Source: Takakia lepidozioides
Lineage: Eukaryota; Plantae; Bryophyta
Direction of reading: 5' to 3'
Assembly (NCBI GenBank): GCA_030704615.1
Contig: CM060731.1
Span: 74,028,001-74,092,000, forward strand
DNA: 64,000 nucleotides
Positions 26,064 through 38,330 of the stretch are shown here, piece by piece (the first letter of the stretch is position 1; each line of letters starts with the position of its first letter). Under the pieces are notes generated by a model that saw only the letters and a program-made list of their open reading frames with translations, was not told where the DNA came from and searched no databases. A program made the translations under genes and the position numbers.

Positions 26064-28575
26064 TGACAATGAGTCTGACCAGCGCTTGTATTTGGTGCCA
26101 AGCCAAACTCGGGATCATTCTACCCTCGACCTGAAGTTGATCAAAGACCTGAGACTGGTGACCAGTCCTTCTGTGTTTGCCTTCGATGGTGTTGCACCCG
26201 AGACGATCAACTGCCTACTTGTAAGCTGACAGTCTCTGCCCCGATTCTCAGAAACGCATAAGCTGAAGATGACAGGACTGGCAACCAATTGATTTCCTGT
26301 TGGTTCAAGAGTTGGACAACCAAAACACTAATGTAATATATGTATGTACAAATTTTCTCGGTGCAGTCACATGTGCCATTTGGAGATTTACGGTTGCTTA
26401 TATACCACCACCAAAGTTTGTTCAAAAAATCTTCCTTCGCACATTATATACTAGTTGTAGATGATAACGTCAAACTCACGGATACCATGGCGCAACCACA
26501 GTCTGAGGTTTGGGGGGATGCTGCTTTCAACCCACCTAGGACTCCTGCTGCACGGGAGTACAATCGGGCTATGATTATGCCCTTCAACCAAATTCCCATT
26601 GTGATGGATTTGGCTTGGAAGGAATTCAGTCCTCCACAGTCTTTGGCACATTATTACCAAATCATGCGCATTTGGTTGTCAGTGGCAACTCGGACTTAGA
26701 TTCTTCCGAACAATCGACCCATTGAGGATCATCATTTTGCAAGGTACTGGTCTGAGGCAGGCACCATGCTGAAGGAATTAATTGTCTTCCAGGTTGTTCA
26801 TGGGTACATCTACACCAAGACCAAGGAGGTATCTAGTATTGTCATGGGTTGTGGATTGTACTATGCTGCTTGTTTCCTTGCACGTTATCACATTGAGCAG
26901 CAGAAAATGCAGTCAAGATTTCTGAGTTATTCCAGTGGAGATCATTGGGTCTTACCTTCAGTTCCACCTCATATGTATCTATATGATGCAAAACTCATGA
27001 TGCAGAAGGATTCCCAGCTTCGTTCATGGTTTAATTTGGCTTGGAACAGCTTGGCCAAAGAAAAATTGGGCCCTGATGATATTTTTTATAAGGGACATGA
27101 AGCCTGGAAATACTTACACTATTCCAAAGTCATTGACACACCCCTCACCTATACGGCCAAGGAGTTCACAAACTTCACTCATTTTGCTTGTAAGCGATTA
27201 AAACAAGTAGTCCAGTTCAAGCTTCCAGACATGGTGGGCCAACACTGCATGCCATGCAGGATTCTTGAGGAACCACTTAAGGTTCGGCCGCCGAAACACC
27301 TCAGGGGGGGAGATGATTCTGATACTACTAGTTCTACAGATGAACCTTTTGACATGGCGGAGGACTATGCACTCCAGATAGCAGAGAAGAAACGACGGGG
27401 ATCTCCTATGCCTGAGAGGTTACATCGTTATCAAGAACAGGAGGATCAGACATTTCCATTTGGTGCTCAATCGCCTCCATCAACCAGTGACAGGGCTCGA
27501 GCTCGCACACAGAGCCCTTCAAGAGACTCTCACCGACAAAAGGGTGTGCGCTCACAAAGGGTTGTTGTTCCTAAAGTGTAAACCGTGAGGACACGACTTT
27601 TTGAGGGGGGGAGGGGTAATGTTAGAGGGTTGTCTGGGACTTAGACATTTTTATGGGTTTTGTGGGGTACCCTTAATTTTTGGGCAGACTTACAGATGGT
27701 AGACTTAGACCAACAGAGGCCTTAGGGGTGACAGGCGCAGGCTTTAGGAGGGGGGGGGGGGGGTAGACAGGCTTATACAGCCAGTCACAGCCCGTCATAG
27801 TCTATCACAGCTCGACACAGCTTCACACAGTTTCACACAACCAATCACAGCCCGTCACAATCTATCACAACCAGTCACAGCTTGGCACAGTCACAGCCCG
27901 ACACAGTTTGGCACAGCCCGTCACAACGTACATAGGGAACGGTTATCATTGGCAGGGAACAACTGTGTGGGAACGACATCTGCAAGGGGAACGTGTTACT
28001 TCTTGGGGTGACAGTTAGTTAGTTAGGTGGTTAGAACAGCTTGCATGTAGATGAGGCAGAGCAGCAACGGGGGGAGAGATCACTTCTTGGAGAGCGACTT
28101 GGTCAGGGGAAGAGGAGGTAAAGCGGAGAGCGGAAACAGAACCAGGGATAGAGGAAACGGTGAAGATGGGAAGATGACTTGATCGATGCTTAATTCATGC
28201 AAGCTGCAGAATCATACAGTAGGGCAGATTAGGGACACCATGGCATTGGCCTGATACCTGATAAATCTTAATCTGATACTTATTCGATACAATCACACTG
28301 TGTAGAGATACATGAGTGAAGCTGTGGAATGAATGGATGAGTGAATGGAACCTGGTAGTTACTGAAGCAATCTGATGCTTCAGTATACATAGTAAGGTAA
28401 TTTGCTAATATGAAGGCAAGAAGAAATACAAATAGGAAGCACAACCATGATTCACTAGCTGTAGGTCATGACTGATTGTTCTGAGCGGGCTGAGTGCTTA
28501 GAGATATCCAACTCTTTTATCTTGGAGTTTCCACCTCGGATAGCGAAGGGATGGGTGAGTAAAAGCCGCTCGACA
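26064..28575 (+). mobile_element. 3' portion of an LTR retrotransposon: extra ORF, PPT and 3' LTR
   Basis: PPT GAGGGGGGGAGGGG at about 27603-27616, then TGTTAGAG at 27620. The LTR probably ends CTCGACA at about 28575 and contains TCACAG-based 10-mer repeats at about 27780-27930. No 5' LTR or pol is seen. Confidence 0.7.
26487..27581 (+). pseudogene. Unknown ~364-codon ORF in the pre-3'-LTR position, with one in-frame TAG at 26697-26699
   Basis: ORFs 26340-26699 and 26766-27581 share a frame. The sequence is intronless and ends about 20 bp before the PPT. Confidence 0.6.
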
Positions 28576-28609
28576 GTTCTCTAAAAATAAAAAAAATAAA
28601 AAAATGATC

Positions 28610-29880
28610 AGATATGGGATTGCACTTGGACTTAGATGACATTGGACACTTGGGCCTGTACACGGGAGATGCACTTGGATACTTGAATAGAGGATTGCAC
28701 TTGGGCTTAGATTTCAATTCTTTATACATGGGCCTTGACATATGAGACGTTACTTGAATACATAGGGGATTGCATTTGGACTTAAATTTCATTCTTAAGC
28801 CATGGGCCAATGGCACAGGCTACCCTAGGCCTATATCTCCCAAAGAGGAGGGTCTCTAGATACATAGGGGATTGCACTTGGACTTAGATGACACTGGACA
28901 CTTGGGCCAACGGCACAGACTACCCTAGAGGTTGCATTTGGGCCTCGACATAGAAGACGCACTTTGATACATAGGGGATTGCACTTGGACTTAGATGACA
29001 CTGGACACTTGGGCCAACGCGCAGGCTACCCTATCAATATATGAAGCAAGACGTTTGTTTTGTTTTGTAGCATCGTTGAGATCTTGCAAACCGCAGGGGC
29101 AATGCGTGTGCTTGATGCTGTTGGAAAGCCCTCGATGAGGAGGGGTGCACCTGCTTGGTCTCATGATTTTTGGACAAGCGGTGAGGGAGATGTGGAATTC
29201 CAAATACTTTTGGTCGCTGGAAATTCACAAAAAATAGCAAAAATGGCGAAGTGGGTATTCTGGGACAATGGTTGGAGCCTCGACGGGAGAGATATCAAGG
29301 GAAAGGTCTCCTGTTCAAATCTGGTCGTAAGCTCTCTGCAAAAAAACTTACTTAGATGACGTTGGGCCGTTGGAAATTTGGGAAAAATAGCAAAGTGGGC
29401 ATTCATGGGAGAATGGTTGGAGACTTGACGGGAGAGACAACAAGGGAGAGGTCATATGCTATGTGGGAAAAAAAAAATAGATATGGCTAAATCAATAGAC
29501 TTAGATGACTTAGATGACAGTGGACACTTGGGCCAACGGCACATGCTACCCTAGAGGTCGCACTTGGGCCTCACTTAGGAGGCGCACTAGCTGGATACAT
29601 ATGAGATCTTGCACTTGGGCTTAGATGACACTGGGAATTTGGGCCAACGGCACAAGCTACCCTAGAGGTCGCATTTGAGGCTTGACACAGGAGACACACT
29701 TGGATATATATAGGGGATAACACTTGGAGATATTAAGGGAAAGGTCTCCGGTTCAAATCTGGTCGATGGCTCTATGGAAAAAAATGATTGGATATGGCTT
29801 GCTTCATATATTGATGCACTTGAACTTAGATGAATTGGACACTTGGGCCAACGGCACAGGCTACCCTAGTGGCCCCTGTA
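28610..29880. repeat. Degenerate tandem array (unit about 100-110 bp) interrupted by the dispersed repeat
   Basis: Recurring core GGGATTGCACTTGGACTTAGATGACACTGGACACTTGGGCCAACGGCACAGGCTACCCTAG. Confidence 0.8.
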
Positions 29881-30219
29881 AAGAGCACAAGAAACATACC
29901 GCCTACTACCATAAATGTATCAATTTTAGATTAGAACAAACTGCAAACTGCAAAAGGATGTGGCAATGCATATAACAAACATATCCGAAATATACAAAAA
30001 TGACAAGCATACATACCTTTCTGTGGTTTCCAGAATTCTTCCAATGTACTTAAGCCTAATCTCTTTGTATGACGGTTTCCTAAGGGTAACCCGAATTTGG
30101 TGAAAAGATTTAACCGCCGGCGCCTGGTCAGGGTATTATTATTATTATTATTGACTTTATTGAGATTTGAAAAATTGTTGGGATGCTGGCAACTTGATAT
30201 TTTCAAAACAATAACTATT

Positions 30220-30460
30220 ACCAACAGTTAGTAGCTCAGTTGGTTAGCGCACTGAGTGCCACCCAGATGATTCTGGGATCAAATCCTGCTACTTGACGGG
30301 TGTGGTATGCTCTTCTCCCACTTCCCTTTGGCAATGTCCCATCAGAAAGCCTCACGACGAGGTTACTGTGAAAGAGGTTATTTTTTCCTCTCACTATCAA
30401 GGGGCGTGATTTGTGAGCTGTAGCTCCCAGGTGTTTCCCTTAAGAATATAAATAATAAAA
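30220..30460 (+). mobile_element. tRNA-derived SINE, copy 2
   Basis: Same head and body as 1224-1484 with an A-rich tail. AATAACTATT flanks both sides (30210-30219 and 30461-30470) as a probable TSD. Confidence 0.82.
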
Positions 30461-31434
30461 AATAACTATTTTGTCATAAAAGTCACATTGAACACATCAT
30501 TGGGCACCTCTGGTAGTAAATATGTCGTATTGTCGTATAGTCATATGGCGCACATTAGAAAAGGCCCGGGAGTTTAATGCGACCCCTTCGGTCCTGCGTG
30601 CGTGGCACCCCCCGCCACCCCAGCCGCACCCCCTTCGCCGGCTCCTGCGCGGCTCGCGGTCGCTGCGCCCCGGCGCCCCCTCACCCCCGCGCCAGCCCAC
30701 CCCTCATCCCCCCCCCCCTGCCACCCCCATCCCCCTGCCCGCCCGCCCGCCGGCCGTCACCACACCACATGAACTCTGTGGCACATGACACCTGTCATCA
30801 CAACCCAACATCGCGCGCGGGACACATCGCATGACGAAAGATGGATGGGATGCAACATGATCCATGTGCTGCAATCACCCATGATGATGGACGGCTTGAC
30901 ATGACAGGATGTGACACATACTCATATATGGCCGTAGGGAGATCGCGATGATCATGCTTTCATGCTTTTCGCATCCAGTTCGCACGCACATGGTGGACCT
31001 GTCGATTCGAATGCGGCCCTTCAACTGTCACTCCCCACGTCGATGCTTGATTGATTTAATTCATGGCAGCCACATGACAGGTTTTCCAAGCTACCTGGCG
31101 TTTGCATGGCCCGAAATGTATGATCCCGGCGGAAGCGGTGTTACAAGCACTTCATTGAGGAGTATGCATCGCGGCTGTTATAAACTGTTGATTGAGTTGT
31201 GGCGGTGAAGCGATTACTCATTTGACTTGAGTATAGGGTTTCTTTTTGGAGAATTTGGAAGTCATTCGTGTGATTTTCAGCTATTTTCTTCCTCTTGCTT
31301 GCCATTTCTGTCTGTTGCAGTCCATTTGCATGCTTCATGTTTTAGTTTGAGTTCTTGCTTTCACATTCCAGCAACCTCTGCTCGGCTGGAGGATTCTTCA
31401 GGAGGAGGGTAGTGGATTTGGAGTGGGCGCCGAT

Positions 31435-31932
31435 ATGGTGAAACAATCCTCCATGCGCGAAGCGCGTCGGACATACAATGAAACGTACGACTCTGATGAG
31501 TGGGAAAATTTCATATGTGAGGCTCACTCAGAGGCAAGGGTTGAGCAGCCCGGTGATGATAATAGGAAGCCATTCAAGTGTATCCACTGTCTTAAGCAAT
31601 ATAAAGATAAGAAGAAACTTAACATTCACAGGATAAATGGCTGTGATGCTGCTGTGGGAAAGGGTGGGCCTAAACTGAAAATGTACCCTGTTTTTAAAAA
31701 GGGGAAGAGGCACATCATGGAGGCTGTTCTTAGTAAGCACGGGATGAAGCCTCATTCCTGCAAGTTGATGAAGACGAGGGTAGAACGCGAGGAGACGACG
31801 GCAGAAGAGACTACACGAGAACCTAAGCGCAGGAAGCACATGAGTCTTCGGAAAGAGCCGGGAGTGGACCTTGATGATGATGATGACGATGACGATTTCC
31901 AGTTGTTGGACGCACCACCTGCGCTGCCATAG
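31435..31932 (+). CDS. Unknown zinc-finger (CxxC-x12-H-x4-C) protein or fragment, possibly TE-derived
   Basis: KPFKCIHCLKQYKDKKKLNIHRINGC, a basic NLS-like patch and an acidic run. No family recognised. Confidence 0.35.
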   Translation: MVKQSSMREARRTYNETYDSDEWENFICEAHSEARVEQPGDDNRKPFKCIHCLKQYKDKKKLNIHRINGCDAAVGKGGPKLKMYPVFKKGKRHIMEAVLSKHGMKPHSCKLMKTRVEREETTAEETTREPKRRKHMSLRKEPGVDLDDDDDDDDFQLLDAPPALP

Positions 31933-32339
31933 CAGACTGTTAGACCTCAGCGCACCTCTGTCATCACAGCAAAGTCTTCCATCTGAGCGCATTGTAAACT
32001 CTATGTTTGTACGACCTCCTGTCGTGCCGCAGCAAAGTCTTCGACCCAAAGTGCACGTTGGAGTTGCATCTTCAGGTAGACAAGATAGCAGATCTCTAGT
32101 GCACAATCTTAAGTCCACAACCCTTGCACCGCTAAGTAGAGAAGAGGCAAGGTAAGGCTTTGTCAAGGCGTCGTTGCTACTGACCTCGGATATTGTCGTG
32201 CCTCCCATACCCGCACCTGTTTCATGCCCAAGACTGACCTATCTGATCAAGTTCGACTTGTTTCCCGACGGATTTCCATCTCTGGATGAGCCTTCTTTTC
32301 TCAATCGTCTTGTGGCTCTTATTGGGAAATTTGAGTTCG

Positions 32340-32405
32340 GGGTTGTGAGCTGTCGCTCCGAGGTGTTTCCCTTCTTAAAATAAAATAAAATAAAATAAAA
32401 ATAAA
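32340..32405 (+). mobile_element. Isolated SINE-type 3' tail
   Basis: TTGTGAGCTGTCGCTCCGAGGTGTTTCCCTT followed by (TAAAA)n matches the 3' ends of both SINE copies. Confidence 0.65.
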
Positions 32406-32660
32406 TTCTGAAGTTAGATATGAAATGCTACCCCGAGGTCGACCCTTAATTGATCGTCAGATGCACAATAAACTGAACCATAGATTTATCTAGAATGGAC
32501 GGCGTATTGATGTGGGATTTATGGGTGTGCTTGGTAGGGTTTATGGACTTTAGGGTTCGAAGCTCTTCTTTTCCATCTCCATGCAAGAACACGTTTTGCA
32601 GGCACAGATCTAATAACACCCCGGTCGCTCATCCATCGCTGGACTCTTTGGCAGGAAGCC

Positions 32661-35600
32661 ATGCAGCACGATGAGGTCATATGGCAGGTTATCAACCATG
32701 GACACTGCAGCTACAAGGCCAAGTGAGCTTCCATGGGCATGCCCTGTTTTTCCTTTTTGATTTATAGGATGTGTTGAAACTCTGCCTCTCCTTTTGCCAC
32801 TTTCCGAATGGTCTGTATGGGGCTTCAACGATATTTTTCCGTGGGATTTGTAGGGTTCTGTGTATTCACATGGTTGGTGGTTGTTATGCAGTCTTTGGTC
32901 CACCATTCTATGCATGTGCCTGTGTGTGTGTGTTCTTGTCGTCCTGGGCCAAATAACCAAACAAAAAAGGGAGGCATTGGAGGGAGTGAGATTCATTACC
33001 TTCACCGAAGAGTTTGATTTGCAAGCGAACAATATCAACTGGATGAATACAAATAGTAGGTTATGTTATTTTCATTGAAATGGTAAAGCTATCTGCTTGG
33101 GTTTCTACTCTAGATCGAGCTCTGTGCAAGAGGAATAGTGAAGATTAAACATGCTGATGGAAGGTCAAATTTACATGAATTTGTTTTTTTGGGGTGGGGT
33201 ATGCAGGATGCAGACTCAGAATTTTTGTAGGAATGAAAATAATGTAACAGGTCTATGCAACCGCAGTTCATGCCCGCTTGCCAACAGCCGTTATGCCACT
33301 ATCCGGGAACATGATGGTCAGTTTTTGAGCTCCCTTCTGTACAGCTAGGAGAATAAGTTGAGGAACAGTCTTATAGTGCATTCCATAAATGTCGTTTCTA
33401 ATTTGAATCAGTTTCTGGCTGAAATCACCGCATAGTTCATTTAAAGGAGGGTCACAGCTTGTATCTGGCTCAAGCTTCTTAAGCTGAGAGAATCAGGTAG
33501 AGTGAGTATTTTGAACCTGTGGTGAAAGAGAACTCATGCATTTGATCTGTGGCTCTTTGTTAAGAGGGATATGTCACCTTCACGCACACAGATTAGATGC
33601 ATGGGTTCCTTTTCCTCCAGATGGGTTGACTTACTAGTCAGAGGTCGGCAGCCTACAGCTGATTTGAAGTTCATGCTAGATCCAGTGAGGAAGGTTCAGA
33701 GGGTCCTGCAGAGAGATTTAGTTGAAGAGAAGTTTGAAGGCCGTGAATTTGGTCATGCAAGTGCAGGGACACTTTATTTGTATATGAAAAGCATCGAGAG
33801 AGCCCATGCACCCAAGGACTTATGGGAGCGCATAAAGCTGCCTCGCAATTATGCCAACGCTCTGGAGTTGATTGACAAGTATTTGGTAAGTCTCTTTGTG
33901 CTACTAATGAAATTGTCGTTATGGCTTTGGAATGGGACAATCTTGCAACCTCAATACCTTTTTCAATTGTCATAAGTAGGAGTGGCTTGTGTGGCATGGC
34001 AGGAGCACTGGCCAAAGTTTTTGGTGCACAAGAACAAGCAGCGCCTCACTAAAATGACCCAATACCTCATTCGTATGCGCAAGCTAACCCTCAAAGCCAG
34101 GTCTACCCCTCTTTGCCCTAATCATCTTTTGGAAAGTCGTCAAATGTTTGAAGCAAAACTCCTTTAACAGATGCTAACAAGGGCAGAGGGTGTGGTTTGC
34201 CAGACCAAAACTCATGACGATGCCTGCAAAACAAACTAAAAGAGAGGTTCGACGGGAGGCCAAGGCAGAAACAGCTGCTGTGCTTGACAGGGTAACTTCC
34301 AGAACAGTGGCTGCCCTTTGTCTTCCAGTTACATAAAAGTGACATTAGGTTCCGGACTTAATGCTCATTGAAATGTAATGTTTGGCTGTGGTGGGTGTAG
34401 GCCATAGAGAAGGAATTGCTGCAAAGATTACAAAGTGGAACATATGGCGACATTTATAACTTCCCAGTAAAGGAGTATGAAAAAGTGCTGGCTATGGAGG
34501 AGATGGAGGCTGCAGGTGAAGAGGATGATGAGGTTGGATCTCTTTCTCTGTCTCTCTCTTGCTGTCAGTATATTTCAATGGCTTATAATGCTCCCATTAG
34601 TTCTTCTGAGATTGTGGAAGCAATTGAACATTTAAATGGATATAAAGCTGGTGGACCTGATGGTATTGTCAACGAGCTTATCAAGCACGGTGGCGATCCC
34701 ATGATAGAGGCCCTAGTTCTCCTCTTTAACCTTATCTGGAAGACTGAAATGATCCCCTTTCGCTGGCGATAGGGGGTCATTGTCAATCTATACAAGAAGG
34801 GTGACAGAGAAGAACCGGGGAACTACCGTGGCATCATGCTCCTCATTGCTGTTGGCAAGACATTCTGCAGAGTTATAAGTATTCGTCTCGAGGTTGATCT
34901 GGAGTCTAGAGGTTGTTTCCACGAAGGCCAAGCTGGCTTTCGGCGAAACAGGGGCTGTGTGGATCATATCTTCACTCTAAGCCAGATTATCCAGGGAAGG
35001 AAAAAAGAAGGGAAACCCACTTATGTCTTTTTCCTGGATGTCAAAAAGGCTTATGACACAGTGTGGAGAGATGGCCTATGGTTCCGCCTCTGGTCTTGTG
35101 GGATCAAGGGAAAGATGTGGAGAGTTGTCCACAACTTGTATGCTCACACCAAAAGCTGTGTCACTGTTAACGGACAGAAGTCCAACTTCTTTGACATAGA
35201 CCAAGGTGTAGCTCAAGGATGTACTCTCTCCCCTCTGCTCTTCAATGTTTTCATCAATCAACTCCTCGAGGATGTGGAAAGTGAGGGATTTGGGTTAAGG
35301 GTGGGTGATACCACCATACCAGCCCTTATGTTTGCGGATGACGTCGCAGGCATAGGGGAGACTCCAACCAATCTCCAGGAGTTGATTGATTGCGCGAAGA
35401 GATACTTTGATCTTTGGGGGCTAGAGGCTAATGTCAGCAAATGTGCAGTGGTAGCATTCAACGACAGAGGAGAGGGAGGAAGTGATCTTAAGTGGCAGTG
35501 GGGTAGCCAAGAGATCCCGGTCCTCCCTTCCTACACTTACCTGGGCGTTGAGTTCTCCTCCAATTGTAATTGGGATGCACATATCCGGAAAGTTGTTCAA

Positions 35601-38330
35601 ACTGGCAAGGGCAAAGCTCTGGGGCTCACTAAATTTTTCCACTGCAGAGGGGTCAATTATGAGGTTAAGAAAACCATGCTTTGTCGCGTTCTTAGACCTG
35701 CCTTGGATTACGGATCTGCTATATGGGTTGATAACTCCAACCAGGCTAAGTCTCTAGAATCCATTCAAGTGGGGGTGCTTAAGGAGTGTATGTCAGCATG
35801 CTCCAAAACAGCCAATGTGGCTGTTCGGGGTGAGTTTGGCATTCCGTCCTTAAGCTCCCGACGAATTCAAGGTCAGATGGTGGGGTCAGCTGCAACATAT
35901 GCCCAACACCAGATATCCTAAGTTAATCGACTCTATATCTTGGAAACAGGACCGCCCTGTCAAACAGGCTAAGTCCTGGCAGAAGAGAGTAGAAGAGATC
36001 CTCAAGGACCTGGACCTGGATCCGCAAGTCTTGACCCTGCTGGATAAATCTGACTTAGAGGCTGTAGTGTCCTCAGCCATGTCTGTTGCCATGAGATTGT
36101 CTGACGAAAATGAAGTTAGGCAGAAAACTTCCCTGAACTTGTTTCCAGTCTGTGACATGGGGGAGGACATCTTGGATGATCTCAAGGGTCTACCCACTCT
36201 CGGCACTAGACTGAAATTTAAACTCAGGGCAGGAAGCCTACCTTTGAACAGCAAACAGAAGCAGAGAGGAAAGGGAGAGTGCCCGTTGTGTGGGCAATCT
36301 GAAGACAGTATTCATTTTCTGATACACTGTCCGGGGTTCTCTCACCAAAGAGACGCTCTCTTCAAATCTATTAAGGGAATTGTGCCTGTACCCCTGTTTA
36401 CCAACTTTGAAAGTCTCGAGGCTGAGCCAAAAGTCCAGGCCCTCCTGAGGCCTAGTTTTTGGGCAAATCACACACAGCAGATTGATGCTTGTGTGAAGGG
36501 ATTTCTAGAGGATATCTGGAAAACCCGGATTAATTCTTTATATGGAAGTAAGTCTTACTACCAACGTCAGCCCCTGACAGAGGTAGGTTCTGTCCCTTTT
36601 GTTCCCGCTCAAACTGGGCGCGGGGTCAATGGCCACAAGGCTACGGCAAACAACGTCTTATGAGTACAATCTCTTGCTGTCACTCATAGATGCACCCAGT
36701 TCCCTCTGGTCCCTATAGTGTAATGGGCTTGCTACCAGGTCAGATAGGGGGCTGCAGTGGCAGTATTGGGCTCGACATAATGAGCTCTACGAAGATGTCA
36801 AGGCTAGTCCTTCATTCAACCCACAACATCCTTACAGAGGATCGTGATCTCTATGTGACCACTCTGGCAATTTCGGGCTTAGTTTGAAACCCGGACGAGT
36901 TAAAAACCACAATTGCACTTAGAGGTGATTATCTAGTGAGGACTACATGCCCATGGGTATGCAGTGACAGTGAAGGTATCTATCTTTCTCTCACAGAATG
37001 TCTAGAGTGAGTGAGATTGAGGCTGAGGTGAGTTCGGTAATGTGTTCTCGGAAGCTCGTTTGACTCGATATCTGATAACCCACTATATAGGGAGATTTGA
37101 TCCTACTTCACTTTTTTACATCAGGTCCAAGGCCTTCCAACACCAACATGCTCACAATGTGTGTAGAAGTGCCTAATGGGCTATTTAACTTGGTGTATGT
37201 GTTCAGGAAGCAGAACCTGAGGTAGAATATGTGGAAGGTTATGAGATGGAGGATGAGGGCGATGATGCCCTCGAAGATTTTGCCCTTGGCATTAACAGAC
37301 AGTCAGATACAGCTGATGGTAAGATACAGATACAGATTGTGGGGTTTTTCACTAAGTATCATGGATCTATTCCAGATGAAGGTGGGTATGTACTCTTGAA
37401 GTTTATCTCTGTTCTAGTGCATTCATTGTCTCTTTGACCACTTGTTTCAGAGGTTCTAAAACAGCCATGTGTCCACATCACAGCTTTGGAGACTTGATTT
37501 GTGCTGCGTAAACCTGTAGTCAACCCAACTCAAGTTCTCCGTTGTTGGACTTAATTCCATCACTTCTTGGCTCAAATTTTATCCTTGTGTAGGCTTAAGT
37601 CCCTCAAAGACCGTCATCTGTTGGGCTCTGCCCCGGTGGCATGTTGGCCCATCTAGATCTAGAACATTCAGCTGGATTATCAATGTTTTGAGTAATAAAT
37701 GTGGGTTGATAACTGAATACTTCGTCTATAATTATATCAGAACTTAGTGCAGTAAAGTGCATTTGTTTTTCTGGAACAGATGATGCCGATGAGGAGTTTA
37801 ACGGTTCAGATGCATCAGATGAAGCTGATGTAAAAGCAATAAGTGGATTGCAACTGACCAATGGGCCCACGAGACTGCCTAAGGGTCCTCTTGCAGCAGG
37901 TGGTAAGAGGGGCGATGCAAATCAGGATGAGGTGGTCACTGCTAAGAGGAGAAAAAGACGACCCCATGTTGAGGTATGTGTGCATCTCCAAAGTGGCCTA
38001 TGGTTGCTGATTCACAAGGTTCAACTTGTATATTTGTTGTAGAGGTCTTGTAAGATGCATGGGAGAGAACTTAGATGCTGATTTGGATGTCTTGCTACTC
38101 CTCTTTCATAGAGATTGAAGAATTTCTGCTCACTGCACAGCCTGTATTGAGCCGACTGTCTTCTTTTGAGACTTATTAAAAATTGCAGTACACCATTTTT
38201 ATTTTCCAGCTTCTTGGGGTTTTTTGTCCGTTCATTCTGCTGAGAGGCACTTCCGTTTTGTGGGGGGGTATTGTTCTTGGGGCAGATCGAGTATGAACAG
38301 GAGCACGAAATGCCATCCGCTGCCCTCTGA
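32661..38330 (+). CDS. MAK16: Protein MAK16 (60S biogenesis factor), 9 exons
   Basis: Exons 32661-32722 ([19 protein letters not shown]), 33207-33316 ([26 protein letters not shown]), 33767-33885, 34003-34100, 34204-34291, 34401-34532, 37207-37318, 37780-37973 and 38286-38330 (IEYEQE). All introns are GT-AG and in phase. Confidence 0.93.
34568..36669 (+). mobile_element. 5'-truncated RTE/RTEX-like LINE (RT + CCHC) in MAK16 intron 6
   Basis: RT motifs [41 protein letters not shown] and LMFADD. One stop (34770-34772) and a 5-nt deletion near 35862. The 13-bp TSD TCTCTTGCTGTCA is at 34555-34567 and 36670-36682. Confidence 0.93.

Noticed and set aside
28610-29880. CRISPR-like array
   Set aside because: Units are degenerate, the intervening sequences are related to each other, there are no cas genes and the context is eukaryotic.
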